This document shows positions 12,355 through 23,720 of a DNA stretch of 64,000 nt, one piece after another; positions within the stretch are counted from its first letter, which is position 1, and every line of letters starts with the position of its first letter. The DNA lies in contig CM059432.1 of the NCBI GenBank assembly GCA_030390025.1, positions 17,238,001 to 17,302,000 of the forward strand. The letters run 5' to 3'. The translations under genes were made by a program, and so were the position numbers. This DNA is from Squalus acanthias (lineage: Eukaryota). Under the pieces are notes generated by a model that did no database searches, had not been told where the DNA came from, and saw only the letters and a program-made list of their open reading frames with translations.

Positions 12355-13870
12355 CTCATCCTAGCTATGCCTGCCTTTTCGTGGGATATGTGGAACACTC
12401 TTTGTTCCAGTCCTACTCGGGTCCCCTCCCTCACCTCTTTTTCCGGTACATTGATGACTATCAGTGCCGTCTCCTTCTCTCGCCCTAAACTAGAACATTT
12501 CATTCGCTATGCTTCCAATTTTCACCCTTCCCTCACCTTCACATGGTCCATCTCCAACTCTTCCCTTCCTCGACTTCTCCATCTCCATCTCTGGGGATAG
12601 GTTATTGACTAACATTCACTACAAGCCCACTGACTCCCACAGCTACCTGGACTACACTTCCTCCCACCCCGCCTCCTGTAAGGACTCTATTCCATTCTCC
12701 CAGTTTCTCCGTCTCCACCGCATCTGCTCTGACGATGCCACCTTCCATACCAGTGCTTCTGACAGGTCTTCCTTTTTCCTCAACCGAGGATTCCCCTCTA
12801 CTGTGGTGGACACGGCCCTCGACCGTGTCCGTTCTATCTCCCGCACTTCTGCCTTCACCCCTGCCCCTCTCCCGGTACCACGATAGAGTTCCCCTTGTCC
12901 TCATCTTTCACCCCACCAGCCTCCACATTCAACGGATCATCCTCCGCCATTTCCGCCACCTCCAGCGTGATCCCACCACCAAACGCATCTTCCCCTCACC
13001 AACCCTTTCAGCATTCCGCAGGGACCGCTCCCTCCGCGACACCCTAGTCCACTACTCTACCACCCCCAGCACCCCTTCCCCCGGCACCTTCCCGTGCAAG
13101 CGCAGGAGATGCAACACATGCCCTTATACCTCCCCCCTTCCCACTGTCCAGGGCCCCAAACACCCCTTCCAGGTGAAACAGCGATTTACTTGTACTTCCT
13201 GCAATTTAGTATACTGTATTCGCTGCTCACGATGTGGTCTCCTCTACATTGGGGAGACCAAACGCAGATTGGGTGACCGCTTTGCGGAACACCTCCGTTC
13301 AGTCCGTAAGGGGGACCCCGAGCTTCCGGTGGCCTGTCACTTTAATTCTCCGCTCCACTCCCACTCTGACCTCACACTGTTCCACGGAAGCGCAGCATAA
13401 GCTCGAGGAACAGCACCTCATCTTTCGTTTAGGCACCCTACAGCCTTCTGGACTCAACAAAGAGTTCAACAATTTTAGATCATAACCTCGGCCCCCATCA
13501 CATTTATATTTTATTTTTTCATCTACCCTTTTGTTTGGCCCCCCCACTTTTTTTTCCTCCCAGAAGCTGGCAGCTGTCCTTCATTCTGCCAGTGCATTTC
13601 ACACTTCATTTAGCCTCAACCGGTTACATCAACACCTCCTCTTGCCGTGATTATCTCTTAACGTCTCTCAATGTCTCTTAATCTCTCCTTTCGTTCTTTC
13701 ATCCCCTCCCTTTTCCCAGCTTTATCCTTGCTTTAAATCTATTTCATTTCCTGCTTTTTTCCAGTTCTGACGAAAGGTCTTCGACCTGAAACGTTAACTC
13801 GGTTTCTCTCTCCACGGATGCTGCCTGGCCTGCTGAGTTTTTCCAGCGTTTTCTGTTGTTATCTCGGATT
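12355..13870 (+). mobile_element. Penelope-like retroelement, 5'-truncated (RT C-terminal half + GIY-YIG endonuclease + pLTR)
   Basis: PSYACLFVGYVE...FFRYIDD (YIDD at 12447-12458), FLDFSISI...YKPTDSHSYLDYTSSHP, IPFSQFLRLHRICS, CKRRRCNTC, NLVYCIRCSRCGLLYIGETKRRLGDRFAEH, QPSGLN. Frameshifted. Confidence 0.93.
13763..13799 (+). ncRNA. Minimal hammerhead ribozyme motif (family A) in the Penelope pLTR
   Basis: AGTT-CTGACGA(13767-13773)-a-AGGTC ttc GACCT-GAAA(13788-13791)-CGT-T-AACT. Confidence 0.75.
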
Positions 13871-14473
13871 TTTAACCTACGCAATTAATTCCCATTTCCA
13901 ATCTCCAGAGACTTCGCTGCCCTCACTAAACCTCAGTACACACCCACTATTACCTGAAGGGTCGCGATCTATCTTAGACCACTTCCTAGTTTCCCAAACC
14001 TGACCCCATTATCGCAAAGCCCAGACTACAATATTTAAATTTTTGTTAATATTGAATCGAATTGTGCGTATGGGAAATAGAGGCTGTTCAGTTGTGGTAT
14101 TTAATGTGGGTTGTAGCTCCCATTATCTTACCACTTAAGAGCTTCTCATTTCTGTTACTAAAACACTGAACAAGCGCACAACTCAGATTTCGCACGTCAA
14201 TATTCGTTGTCCATTAATCCACACAGCTGCTTGCGGGATTCACAGAAGTTAATTCTTTCAGCTTCATATATGCAACAAACAAAACGCAGGTTTCAAGTGT
14301 AAAATGAATGTTATACTACTTCTAAGGCTTCTAATCAATGAACTTTAGACATTCCAAATTTTTTTGGAATTATAATTTTAAGCCAATTTACATCAAAATT
14401 ATTTACAAAGCTTGAATACAAAATATTACTTGCACTGTAACTACTGAAATATGTGCAACAATTCCATATTTAC

Positions 14474-14662
14474 CTATGAGGGAGCCATTTAAGAATAGTG
14501 CAACCCCAAAGAGAACTCCAACACAAAGAGCCAGGATAAAAGGCCGCCGGCGGCCCCAGGTCAAGGTGCAGCGGTCACTAGCAGAACCTATCAGAGGAGT
14601 GAAGATCAATCCTAGGATTGGGCTCAGGAACCAGGTGAGGCTGTAGTACTGTTCTGGAAGAC
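14474..14662 (-). CDS. SLC45A4: SLC45A4 second coding exon (189 bp, phase 1/1)
   Basis: ttcttgcag acceptor and G|GTAAAT donor. Encodes (G)[62 protein letters not shown](G), containing the SLC45 [12 protein letters not shown] motif. In frame with the upstream exon. Confidence 0.96.
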
Positions 14663-15170
14663 CTGCAAGAACAAATATGAATCTTCAGATAAAGATATCT
14701 TCTGTAAGCAGAAGCAAACTATTCAGATATAGGAATTATATTGCACATAATATTCTCATTACAATTAAAGATTCCATATTTCACATACTGAAGTTATATG
14801 CACAGGGCTCCAAATAAGTGCAAGATTTGAGATTAAAGTCTGGCCTTAATTGACTAATAAACTTCAAAATTTAACTTTAGCTGCTACTTTCTTTATGACA
14901 GGAGATGCTGGCAATGCAAGATGGATACATCGGATTCGGATGGTGGGCAGGAGGGAGGGGAGATGGGGAGAAGGATGACGCTTGGGTTGGAGACCCTCCA
15001 TCAGAACAACACTGTACTGGCGGGGTAATCTGCACCCTTGGTATCAGCTTGTTCATTTCTTCAGACTGCTGGATTCTGTTCTACTTTGACAGCTTCTCCT
15101 GCTTTCATTTTAGATCTGCCTTTATCCCCACTACTTCAGCTATTCACACATTCTGCATCTCAATGTACGG

Positions 15171-15555
15171 TACGGTAGCATAATGGTTATGTTACTGGAC
15201 TAGTATTCCAGAGGCCCGGAGTAATAATCCGGAGACGCGAGTGCAAATCTCACCACGGCTCACCCATCTGGTTCAGTAATGTCCTTTAGGGAAGGAAACC
15301 TGCCGTCCTTACCCGGTCACTCCAGACCCACAGCAATGTGGTTGACTCTGAACTGCCCTCTGAAATGGCCTAGCAAGCCACTCAGTTGTACCAAACCGCT
15401 GCGACAAAGTCAGCACTGTGGGAGTAACTTCACTCCAGGACTGCAGCCGTTCAAGAAGGCGGCTCACCACCACCTTCTCAAGGGCAATTAGGGATGGGCA
15501 ATAAATGCTGGCCGTGCTACCGACGCCCACATCCTGTAAACGAATAAATAAAAAA
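15171..15555 (+). mobile_element. tRNA-headed SINE made of the 5' head and 3' tail of the LINE at 52447-55706
   Basis: A-box-like tagcataatgg and B-box-like gagtgcaaatctc. Body matches 55361-55708 (reverse complement), tail matches 52447-52594 (reverse complement). A-rich end. Confidence 0.85.
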
Positions 15556-16844
15556 TGTCTTTTATTATGCTTCTTCCCATCATTGTGTATCTGCAGCCAT
15601 CTCCTGTTTTCCTTTTAAGCACTCTACTGGTCATTCTACTTCCTGTGTGTTTTCCCCATCCCATTGTTGTGTTTCTAAATACCATTTGTTATTTTTATTC
15701 CAGTTCTGATGAAGGGCCTGAAATGTAACCTAGTCGATCACAGATGTCAACTAAAGTGAACCCAAAAGCTCCCCATAATCAACCCACAATTCAGTCTCCA
15801 TACCAATATAAAAAAATCAAAACTACAGCTGCAGAATTTATCCCCATGACCATTATAGCGATTATAGGTTAAAGTGCTCCAGTGTTGCAATTCATATAGC
15901 AAAACTAAAGTCAATCGTGCTCAAAAAGAAAACTCTCCATGGCTGGAGTCATTCTAGACACAGAGGAAGATGGTGATCACCACAGCATCACTTCAGGAGA
16001 AGAGTCCCTGGCCTAACCATCTTCAGCTGTGTCATTAATGACCTTTTTCTGTAATGGATGGTCCTAACAATACAACCCAAAACCCTATTTGCTTAGGCTT
16101 GGGTCTTTTTTCTGGGATACCTGTGCAGGATATATAAATATATTAATAAATATCAGCCAGTCACCTAACTTAGTTAGCCTACAATTTTACTGCTCTGAAT
16201 TACTAACCATTGCTCATTTGCATCAACATAACCGAAAAAGCCTCGCCATCATTACAGCAATTGTCTACGATCGTTTTTCTTAAGGCCCACTTTGGCATTC
16301 CTGCTTTAGTTGCCCTCTTAATATTTCTCCTTATTTACTCGACAATTAATACTCGATAGTACTATGCTCATTTATTTACTATTTAATTATTTTAACTGCA
16401 TCGTACCGTGAGCGGTTTTTAAAATGGGGATATACTTCCTTGTTTAATGCCAATTTAGAAAAATAAATTTATCACAAGATATGAAATTAATTACATAAAA
16501 TTTATATTCCCCATACTGCCAAAAAAGGTTACTACAACACAGAGGTCAAGAGATCGACATAAATTCTACATCCAATCAAGGCTGAGCATCACTAAATTCA
16601 TAGGCGATCTCCTTTTGACGTGTCCAGATCAGATTATAACTCGAATGATGGGCAAACTAGTCTTGTTTAATCACAGGATAGATCTAAATACAAGATGGAC
16701 TTCTACTTTGTTAAAAAAAAATCTTTATCTTTTACAAAATCAGAAGCAAGCAAGCATGACAAATCAAGTGAAATAAAGAGGGTAGGACCATAAAAGTTGC
16801 AAACATACATGAAAGGGAATGAAAACAAGGTAGTATATTTTTTG

Positions 16845-16996
16845 CAAAAGCAAAATACTGTGGATGCTGGAAATCTGAAATAAAAATAGAAAATGCTGGA
16901 AATACTCAGCAGGTCAGGCAGCATCTGTGGGGAGAGAAACAGAGTTAACATTTCAGGTCGAATGCTGAGTATTTCCAGCATTTTGTGTTTTTATTT
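16845..16996 (-). mobile_element. Short Penelope-derived fold-back insertion with 14-bp TSD
   Basis: pLTR tail in minus orientation plus a short inverted copy. Flanked by tagtatattttttg at 16831-16844 and 16997-17010. Confidence 0.85.
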
Positions 16997-17109
16997 TAGT
17001 ATATTTTTTGAATGACTACTTCCTTCAAATAATCACCAGAGAAGACAAGCAACATAATCTCCTCAAACATAAATGATCTAGGCAAAAAGTAATTCCTTCA
17101 ATATAAATG

Positions 17110-17550
17110 AGATGGATGTCAGAGAGGCTAAAAAGGCTCAAAAGAAAAAATCCCCAGGGACAGATGGCATTTATCGCCAAGTGCTAGGGTGGAGATTTGA
17201 GGTGCATTGGCAGTTATGAGGGAGTCAGTAGACAGGGGTGGTACCAGTAGATTGGAAACAGGATGCGATGTTTATATTCAGAAAGTGAAAAAATAAGACA
17301 GCAATTACAGAAAAATTCTTGTATAAAATGGAATAGATTATCTGTAGCATAACCATCTACTAAATTGCAGTTAACTGATCCAGAATGCGAAGATCCTGCC
17401 TAATCGGCTGACAAGTGACAACCTGAGAGTGGAAATAAATTATAAGTTCCACATGAAAGGCTACTGGGCAAGATCAAAGTTATGGGGGATTCAGGATAAA
17501 TCTTGGAAATGGACAAGAAACTAGCTGGAGGGTAGAAAACAATGGATACT
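17110..17550 (+). mobile_element. Highly degraded CR1 ORF2 fragment
   Basis: KSPGTDGIYRQVL-like and VPHERLLGKIKVMG-like remnants. Confidence 0.6.
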
Positions 17551-17563
17551 TGAAGAGTTATTG

Positions 17564-18845
17564 TGTAAGATTATTTTTTCATGATAACTGTGTGGAATTT
17601 GTAAGATTTTAGGGCTTTAGGTTTTCATTTCTGTTTGGAGCTCGAGCTGAACTTGAAGGAATAAGCCATATAACCTATTCAGAAAAATATACTATCTTTT
17701 GAAAGAATTCTGGCCTTATTAAAACATGACAAACTGGGTTTGGAAATCTAGAAACCCAACTATGAAAAAGCTGTGAAAGCATTCTGGCTATAGAGATAAG
17801 ATAGTTGTTGACACTGAATCAATAACCTTATTGAAACAGAAGGTTAAAGGCTCCGGCAGGCTGAACCTTTCGGAATGAAACAATGGTTCACCCTGGATAA
17901 GGTGTTCTAATTTACACTTCGTATAGAAGCACATAAAAGAAACATCTGCCTTCGTAAAAATGACCAAGTAAAAAACACACCTGCCGTAACACAGTTTTGT
18001 ATAGTAAACTTCGAACACCTAGAGAAGAGACATAATTCTGTAATGCTACCAGCTGAAGTGACTAAGAATTGCAGGGGTCAGCAGAAAAATGACTAGAAAT
18101 AATTAGCTTACATCAGCAGAAAACCTTAAAGGAAATACCACTGGAAAAGGGTATAAATATTGAACTCTCAAATAGGATAACAGACTCGCTTTAAAGAGGC
18201 AAAGCGATTCTCGGCTTCAGAGGCGGCTCTGTAAGTCTCCAACTCTTTGTACCTCGGGGATCAAAGGTATTTGATTTTGGTGGATATCCTGAATAGAACT
18301 TTAAAAACTGTAAAACTGTAGTGAAGTTAAGATTTGAAACTAAGGTTCTCTGATAATAGGATTATAAGCTCTCTCTTTTTTGGAACTGTTAATGTTGCGA
18401 TTGACTCACCAACTGTAAACTGCATGTCGGTTCTTTAGTAAATCTATATATTTTTAGAATTGTCTCACATAAGACTTCTGTATCAAACTCGCAAACTCAA
18501 TCTCTGTTCACTCTTTGGTGAGGAGTTGCAGAATTCTGGGGGAGTTTTCCGGACCCTCATAATATCCGGAACGTTACAGTCCAGCTAAACTTATTAAAAG
18601 TGCTATCTGGAGGTCGGTAACATTTCAGGTTGTTTCTTTCTTTTAGGGAGAGATAGTCCGGACCTTTAGACCCAATTAAGTGTCTTTAGGATTCGGCTAC
18701 TTCAAACTTTAGTTGAAAGTGAACGTCTGAGAAATACGCCTGATCCAGGGTAGCCCTAAAGGGGCTAGGACTAGTAATTATCCCATCAAACTCACGTGAA
18801 TACAAGAGTCAGAAACCTTAGTGAGTTATACAAGTACGTTCTACA
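17564..18845 (+). mobile_element. Candidate solo LTR
   Basis: TGTA...TACA termini, flanks tattg/tatta (4 of 5 match), internal TATA-like gtataaata near 18151, no LINE motifs inside. Confidence 0.35.
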
Positions 18846-20268
18846 TATTAAAGCAGCAGCTATCAAACATTTTTTGGAAATCTTTCATGGTAATTGTACA
18901 CAATAATTTGATGGAAATGGAGCGTTCAAAACAATCAAACAAAATCAAAGGGAAAGTCTAATCTTTTACTACAACAGGAAAGCAGTGGGATTAGTTGAAA
19001 TAGTCTTTCCCACAATGCCATATACAGGATAAGTGACTGTATTGAGCATCAATTCGCTGATTGAAAACAATGTCTGCATAAATCCCATGATGCAGGAAAA
19101 CACTTATTGTGTTTCTCCAGTTCACAGAGAATGACTCAAGCTCAGACTGTCCGACAGCCTACTCATTACAGAAGTAAAGTCTGGCCGTCCACCCTCACAG
19201 CTTGGTCAGAACAATGACATAATTTTCCTTGGCCGCAAGAAAAGTTGCTTTTCCTGTTGGCCCCTAGATAAATGGCAGGTGGATAAGTTCAGTACTACTG
19301 GCCAAGAATGCAGTTAGTAATCTGAACAGGAAACAGATGGATGCACCTGCTAGTGTGATATACAAAGTGGCAGAAGCAGAGGGCATTTATTGGAAGGAAT
19401 TATTTAACTACATTGAACTTATTAGTTTACTTAAACTGCTTTAAATTGAATTTTCTTTCCCTCTCCCAATTTGTTCCTTTTATTTGGGAAAGTCTCAACT
19501 TATTCATCATCTCCATTATTTGATGACCCATTTGTACAGAGATTGCCCAACATATTCAAGTGAAGGAACCCAATATATTCAAGTGAAGGCATAGGACATG
19601 TTTCACACAAGATCCTCTACTGGATTTGCATTAGTTCTTCTGAAAGACTCATCAAAGCAGGCGAAGTAAGTTTTTCAGTTTGACCATTAAATAGTAGATT
19701 CAAATTCTCATTACTTGCCAAAACAAACAAGATGCTGGAAATCAAAAAACAGAAAAAGCTGGAAACACTTAGGATGTCAATCAGCATCTGTGAAGGGAAC
19801 AGATGAGTAACAGCCCAGATTTTCCTCGGGACTTGCATCTTGCTATGGTGTAGGGACCCTTAACCGCTGTAAAAGTTTAAATTAGAGTAAGAGACTTACA
19901 CCATTAATTACGCCACTCCTCCTGGGATGTTGCCACTGCTCTACCATTACACAATGAGAACTTAATATCACGGCACCCCATTAAAATCAATGGCAATCAC
20001 AAATTTCTGGAATAACGCCAGTTTAAGCTGCTGCCACGTGAAACTTAAAAATGGCGCTGGAGGGCCCTTGGTGACTTGGCAGCGGTGAGTGTTGTTGGTC
20101 TGAGTTCTTTCGCTTAGCTCCTAGAGCCTGATCCCTAGCTGAATGTTGCCTTTTGGAGTTGTTAAATCATATAGCAACTTCACTCACTCAGTATATCACA
20201 AAATCGGAATCTAGGAGAGTGTTTAAAAATCAGAATATTTAAAAAAAAATCAGAAACAAATAACTCAA

Positions 20269-20535
20269 CACGGTGGCATAGTGGTTAGCACTGTTGCCTC
20301 ACAGTGCCAGGGACCCAGGTTCAAATCCAGGTGACTGTCTGTGTGGAGTTTGCACAGTCTCCCCGTGTCTGCGTGGGTTTCCTCCGGGTGCTCCGGTTTC
20401 CTCCCACAGTCCAAAGATGTGCAGGTTAGGTTGATTTGGCTATGATAAATTGACCCTTAGTGTTAGGGGGATAGGGTGGGATATGCAGGCTTGATGGGCC
20501 GAAATGGCCTTTATCTGCACTGTGGGGATTCTGTG
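20269..20535 (+). mobile_element. V-SINE (HE1-like shark SINE)
   Basis: tRNA-like head (A box tggcatagtgg, B box ggttcaaatcc), V-domain tgtgtggagtttgcac...gcgtgggtttcctccgggtgctccggtttcctcccacagtccaaaga, CR1-like tail gatgggccgaaatggcct. Confidence 0.88.
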
Positions 20536-20935
20536 AACTCCCTGGTCAGTGTCTCCGGTTCCCTCCTGGCAAATCTATTTCCCAGTAACATCAAGGTGAT
20601 TCCCATGGACAACTGTGGCCGTTATTTTATAGACCACGATGGACTCCATTACAGGTACGAGTTTGAATTATCTGAGACAAGCAAGCTGGTCCTGCCTGAC
20701 CACCTCTTGGAGACGGAGAAGCTGCCGAGAGACTCCGAAAACTTCCAGCTTAGTGAGCTGATAAAATATATTCATCTGAAAGCTGGAAGAAAATGCCCAT
20801 GTTGCTTCCGATTTGTTGCCATTCGATTCGAATTAGAAATGTACGAAAATTATGGAGGAAGTTATCGACCATGAGATCGCCGGCCAAATTATGGTGCATG
20901 TCCCTGATCTCGCTGATGCAGGAAAATCTGGGTAA
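20536..20935 (+). pseudogene. Decayed KCTD-family BTB (T1) domain fragment
   Basis: SLVSVSGSLLANLF...MDNCGRYFIDHDGLHYRY, then LNYLR in the +1 frame, then back to SKLVLPDHLLETEKLPRDSENFQLSELIKYI. Matches the KCTD BTB consensus FIDRDG..FRYILxYLR..L.LP..F.E...L..EA.YFQL..L. Confidence 0.75.
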
Positions 20936-22139
20936 ACATTTTAGGTGTGGACCATCTAACTTATCTGTTCTCTTAAATTCTGGTCAACATTCCAACTGCT
21001 TCCTGTATTTTCCATTTTAATTTTAGTGACTATATACTATGGAAGGTAGAGTTAGGGAATGTCTGTCCTACATCAAGTCTGTGAATGAATGTTACCAGCC
21101 CCAGAAAGTTTTAGCATCTGAATTTCGAGTGAAAATGCAATCTAGTCATTGCACTGTAAAGGAAAGTCACATTAAATTGGTCATTAACCGTGGCCCCAAT
21201 TTCCTGTGCCCGACAGAAAGTGCATAATCCTTTCCTCCACCTCCCTTGCAAAGGATACTCCTCCTTTATTTCACACAAAAGTTCACTGCCCATGGATTAA
21301 TCAGCCTGTAACAGCCAATATGGTCAGGACTGGTGGCCCAGGGATAAGTGTCATAGCTGGAGATGAGCCACACAGGTATTTTAGTAAAGTCAACCATGTG
21401 CTGAGAGGTTCTCTGCAGCCAAAACAACTGACAAAGTTCTTTGAAAGTCTTTTAGAAGTTTCTTCTGATCTGCATTATTGCTGGTATTGACTGGGATCAA
21501 AACCTGTGTTGTATAAGGGTGACTAACAGTCCTAAACACTTCTACACTCTAGGTCACATACTAAAAATTGGTCTTGCACAGTAGCAGACTATTACTGAAC
21601 CCTACGGTTGAGTGGGCTTGTGATTAATACTACACATGTTGAATGAAGCCCAAGGATCCTTTTATCTTTTCCCTAACCATGTAATACGCAACACTGCACT
21701 TTTCATGGAATGCCATAGTGCTGCTGCAAACATTTTCTTCCTTGTTTGACATGCACTTGAGTAAGAACTTGATCTTTAAACCTGGAATTGAGATTCAAAA
21801 TCCTTTTTGGGAGGAGATTGCACACACTTTCATAGCACAGGCTTCACACTTTTGAACGATAAAACACTGCATGGCATCGTATGGGTACTGTCCACAGACT
21901 TCGATCTGTGGCACTTGATAAAATGCCTCAAAGCAATCACTGGCAAACTGCAAGTCTTCTGGAAATTAGAGATCTTAGGTGGGCTGTTTTGCACTAAGTT
22001 TTGGCCAAATGAAAATTCTATAAAAGTTACAAAACTAAACCCAACCTGATCAACAATTTTGAAAGAAATACTAAGCTCAAGAAATCTTTGGTTAATCAAT
22101 TAAACTGTATAAATGCAAACACATTAGTAAAACTGGAGA

Positions 22140-22854
22140 AGTGAGGATTGGGGAGGTGAGAGAGGGGAAAATGTACTGAAAAACTGAGTGGCAAACGGTT
22201 AAACTTGTACTTGCCCAGAGACTTTCTATGGGCTTTTGCACAGCAAGTTGCAGGGAATCTGGGAGCTGTGTGAACAGGGCAAGCAACTGTATCTCCTTAA
22301 CCAATCAGATTGAAGAATTGTTAATGAGCAGCACAGTCGGAACCAAAAAGCATCAGTTAGAATAGTGAATTCAATGTCAAAATCAAGTACAGAAAGCAAA
22401 ATGAGGGAAAGAAAAATTGGATTTTGAGGGAGGGAGAAAAATGCATTTTATTTAAACATTTAAAAAAATCTCCGGCAATAATTAAAAGCTGAAGAAATGA
22501 GATTCCATAAAAATGTAAATTTCAGTGCCAGAGTGGCTGTTTGTCAGTAATTAAGATTTACCACTGCATTAAAAGGGTACTTAACTGGAATGGTTGAGTC
22601 CTGATTTTTTGGGAGGCAAGTTTAGTCTGTATCTATGAGGCAAGTACAGTAACTTCACGCCATTCAATGCATTTAAATGGTGACTCAGACAGTGAAATGC
22701 CATTTTTGGGAAGCTTTTGAAGGAGCAGGGCATCTCTGAAAGCAATTTCTGGATTTCCGTGTTTAATTGCGCATGTGCGGTAACCGGAAGCTGCTGTCCG
22801 ATTTGCACATAAAGAACGGTGAGCCTCAGTAATTTTTACAGGAAAATTGGGCCC
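22140..22854. mobile_element. MITE-like remnant
   Basis: Ends in ggaaaattgggccc, resembling other GGG-type termini here, with an internal gcgcatgtgcg motif. Left end not identified. Confidence 0.4.
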
Positions 22855-23720
22855 ATAGTTTCCCACCTTTCGCTGCGTTATACAGAAAACGGTCTTATAA
22901 CAAAAATGACTCATGATTAATAAAATCCTGAAAATCCCCAAATAAAAAAATGCTTTTCAATATTATCGGCATGCTACCAACACGTTCAGCTTGGTAGATT
23001 CAAAAAGGACACATCAGAAGAAGCATTTCACTGAACTTTTTAAGCTGCTGACCATGCAAAAACTTAAATCCCAAACTTAATGAAGTTTCACCATAATTAT
23101 GCAGGTTAAAAACATGACAAATCTCAACAGATTTAACCAAATATTTTTCAAAACAATAGACATTAATAGTGGATAGCACTGTAGGTTACGAGTATAGAAT
23201 TCAAAGTCATGCAATTTTAATTTGGGTCCTTTTGAGATGACACTTCTAGTGTAGTCACTACTGCTAAGATTCAACAATCTCAAACTCATCACATTGTCTG
23301 CAATCGGGGCTGCACAGCTTTTCGGAATCAGCGTTAGCGTGAAGACACATCAAATACCTGCATAGTCAGTCAGTCTTGCTGCACATTTACACTGTTGGAT
23401 TGCAGGGTTTGAAGAGAGTGGTTGCACATTTACACTTAAACATAGAAATTTAAAACATCCATAAAGGAACATTTTGCAGTAGTGAACCACTTCATTACAG
23501 AAGAGAAAACTAATTAATCCATCAGCAGCAATCCAGTGTAACAGTATCAGAATCTAGGCAGTCATCTAGAACTTGTTAATCAGCCCAACAAAGAATAAAG
23601 ACAAATGGCCATGAGAGGAGTAAATGAATTTGAAACTTTGATTAAAAAATGGATATTGTTACACTGTTAAATGACACCCACCGAAACATTTGGATTGAAC
23701 AGACAAACCAGACAATCACT

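Noticed and set aside
1..14400. Next SLC45A4 coding exon (expected to include a VLDF.AD...PIRAYLLDV-like motif)
   Set aside because: Not found in the ORF track or by eye; it probably lies beyond position 1.
14403..14473. ORF extension [14 protein letters not shown]... after the SLC45A4 exon
   Set aside because: Read-through past the GTAAAT donor; similarity to SLC45 stops at LIG.
15701..15730. cagttCTGATGAagggcctGAAAtgtaac hammerhead-like motif
   Set aside because: Degenerate pLTR relic with collapsed stem II and broken stem-III palindrome; not called as a ribozyme.
20269..20330. tRNA gene
   Set aside because: A/B boxes are followed by a V-domain and CR1-like tail, so this is a SINE head. 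The same applies to 15171, 48146 and 55700.
21206..21490. 94-aa ORF as a possible KCTD C-terminal continuation
   Set aside because: Resemblance too weak to support by eye.
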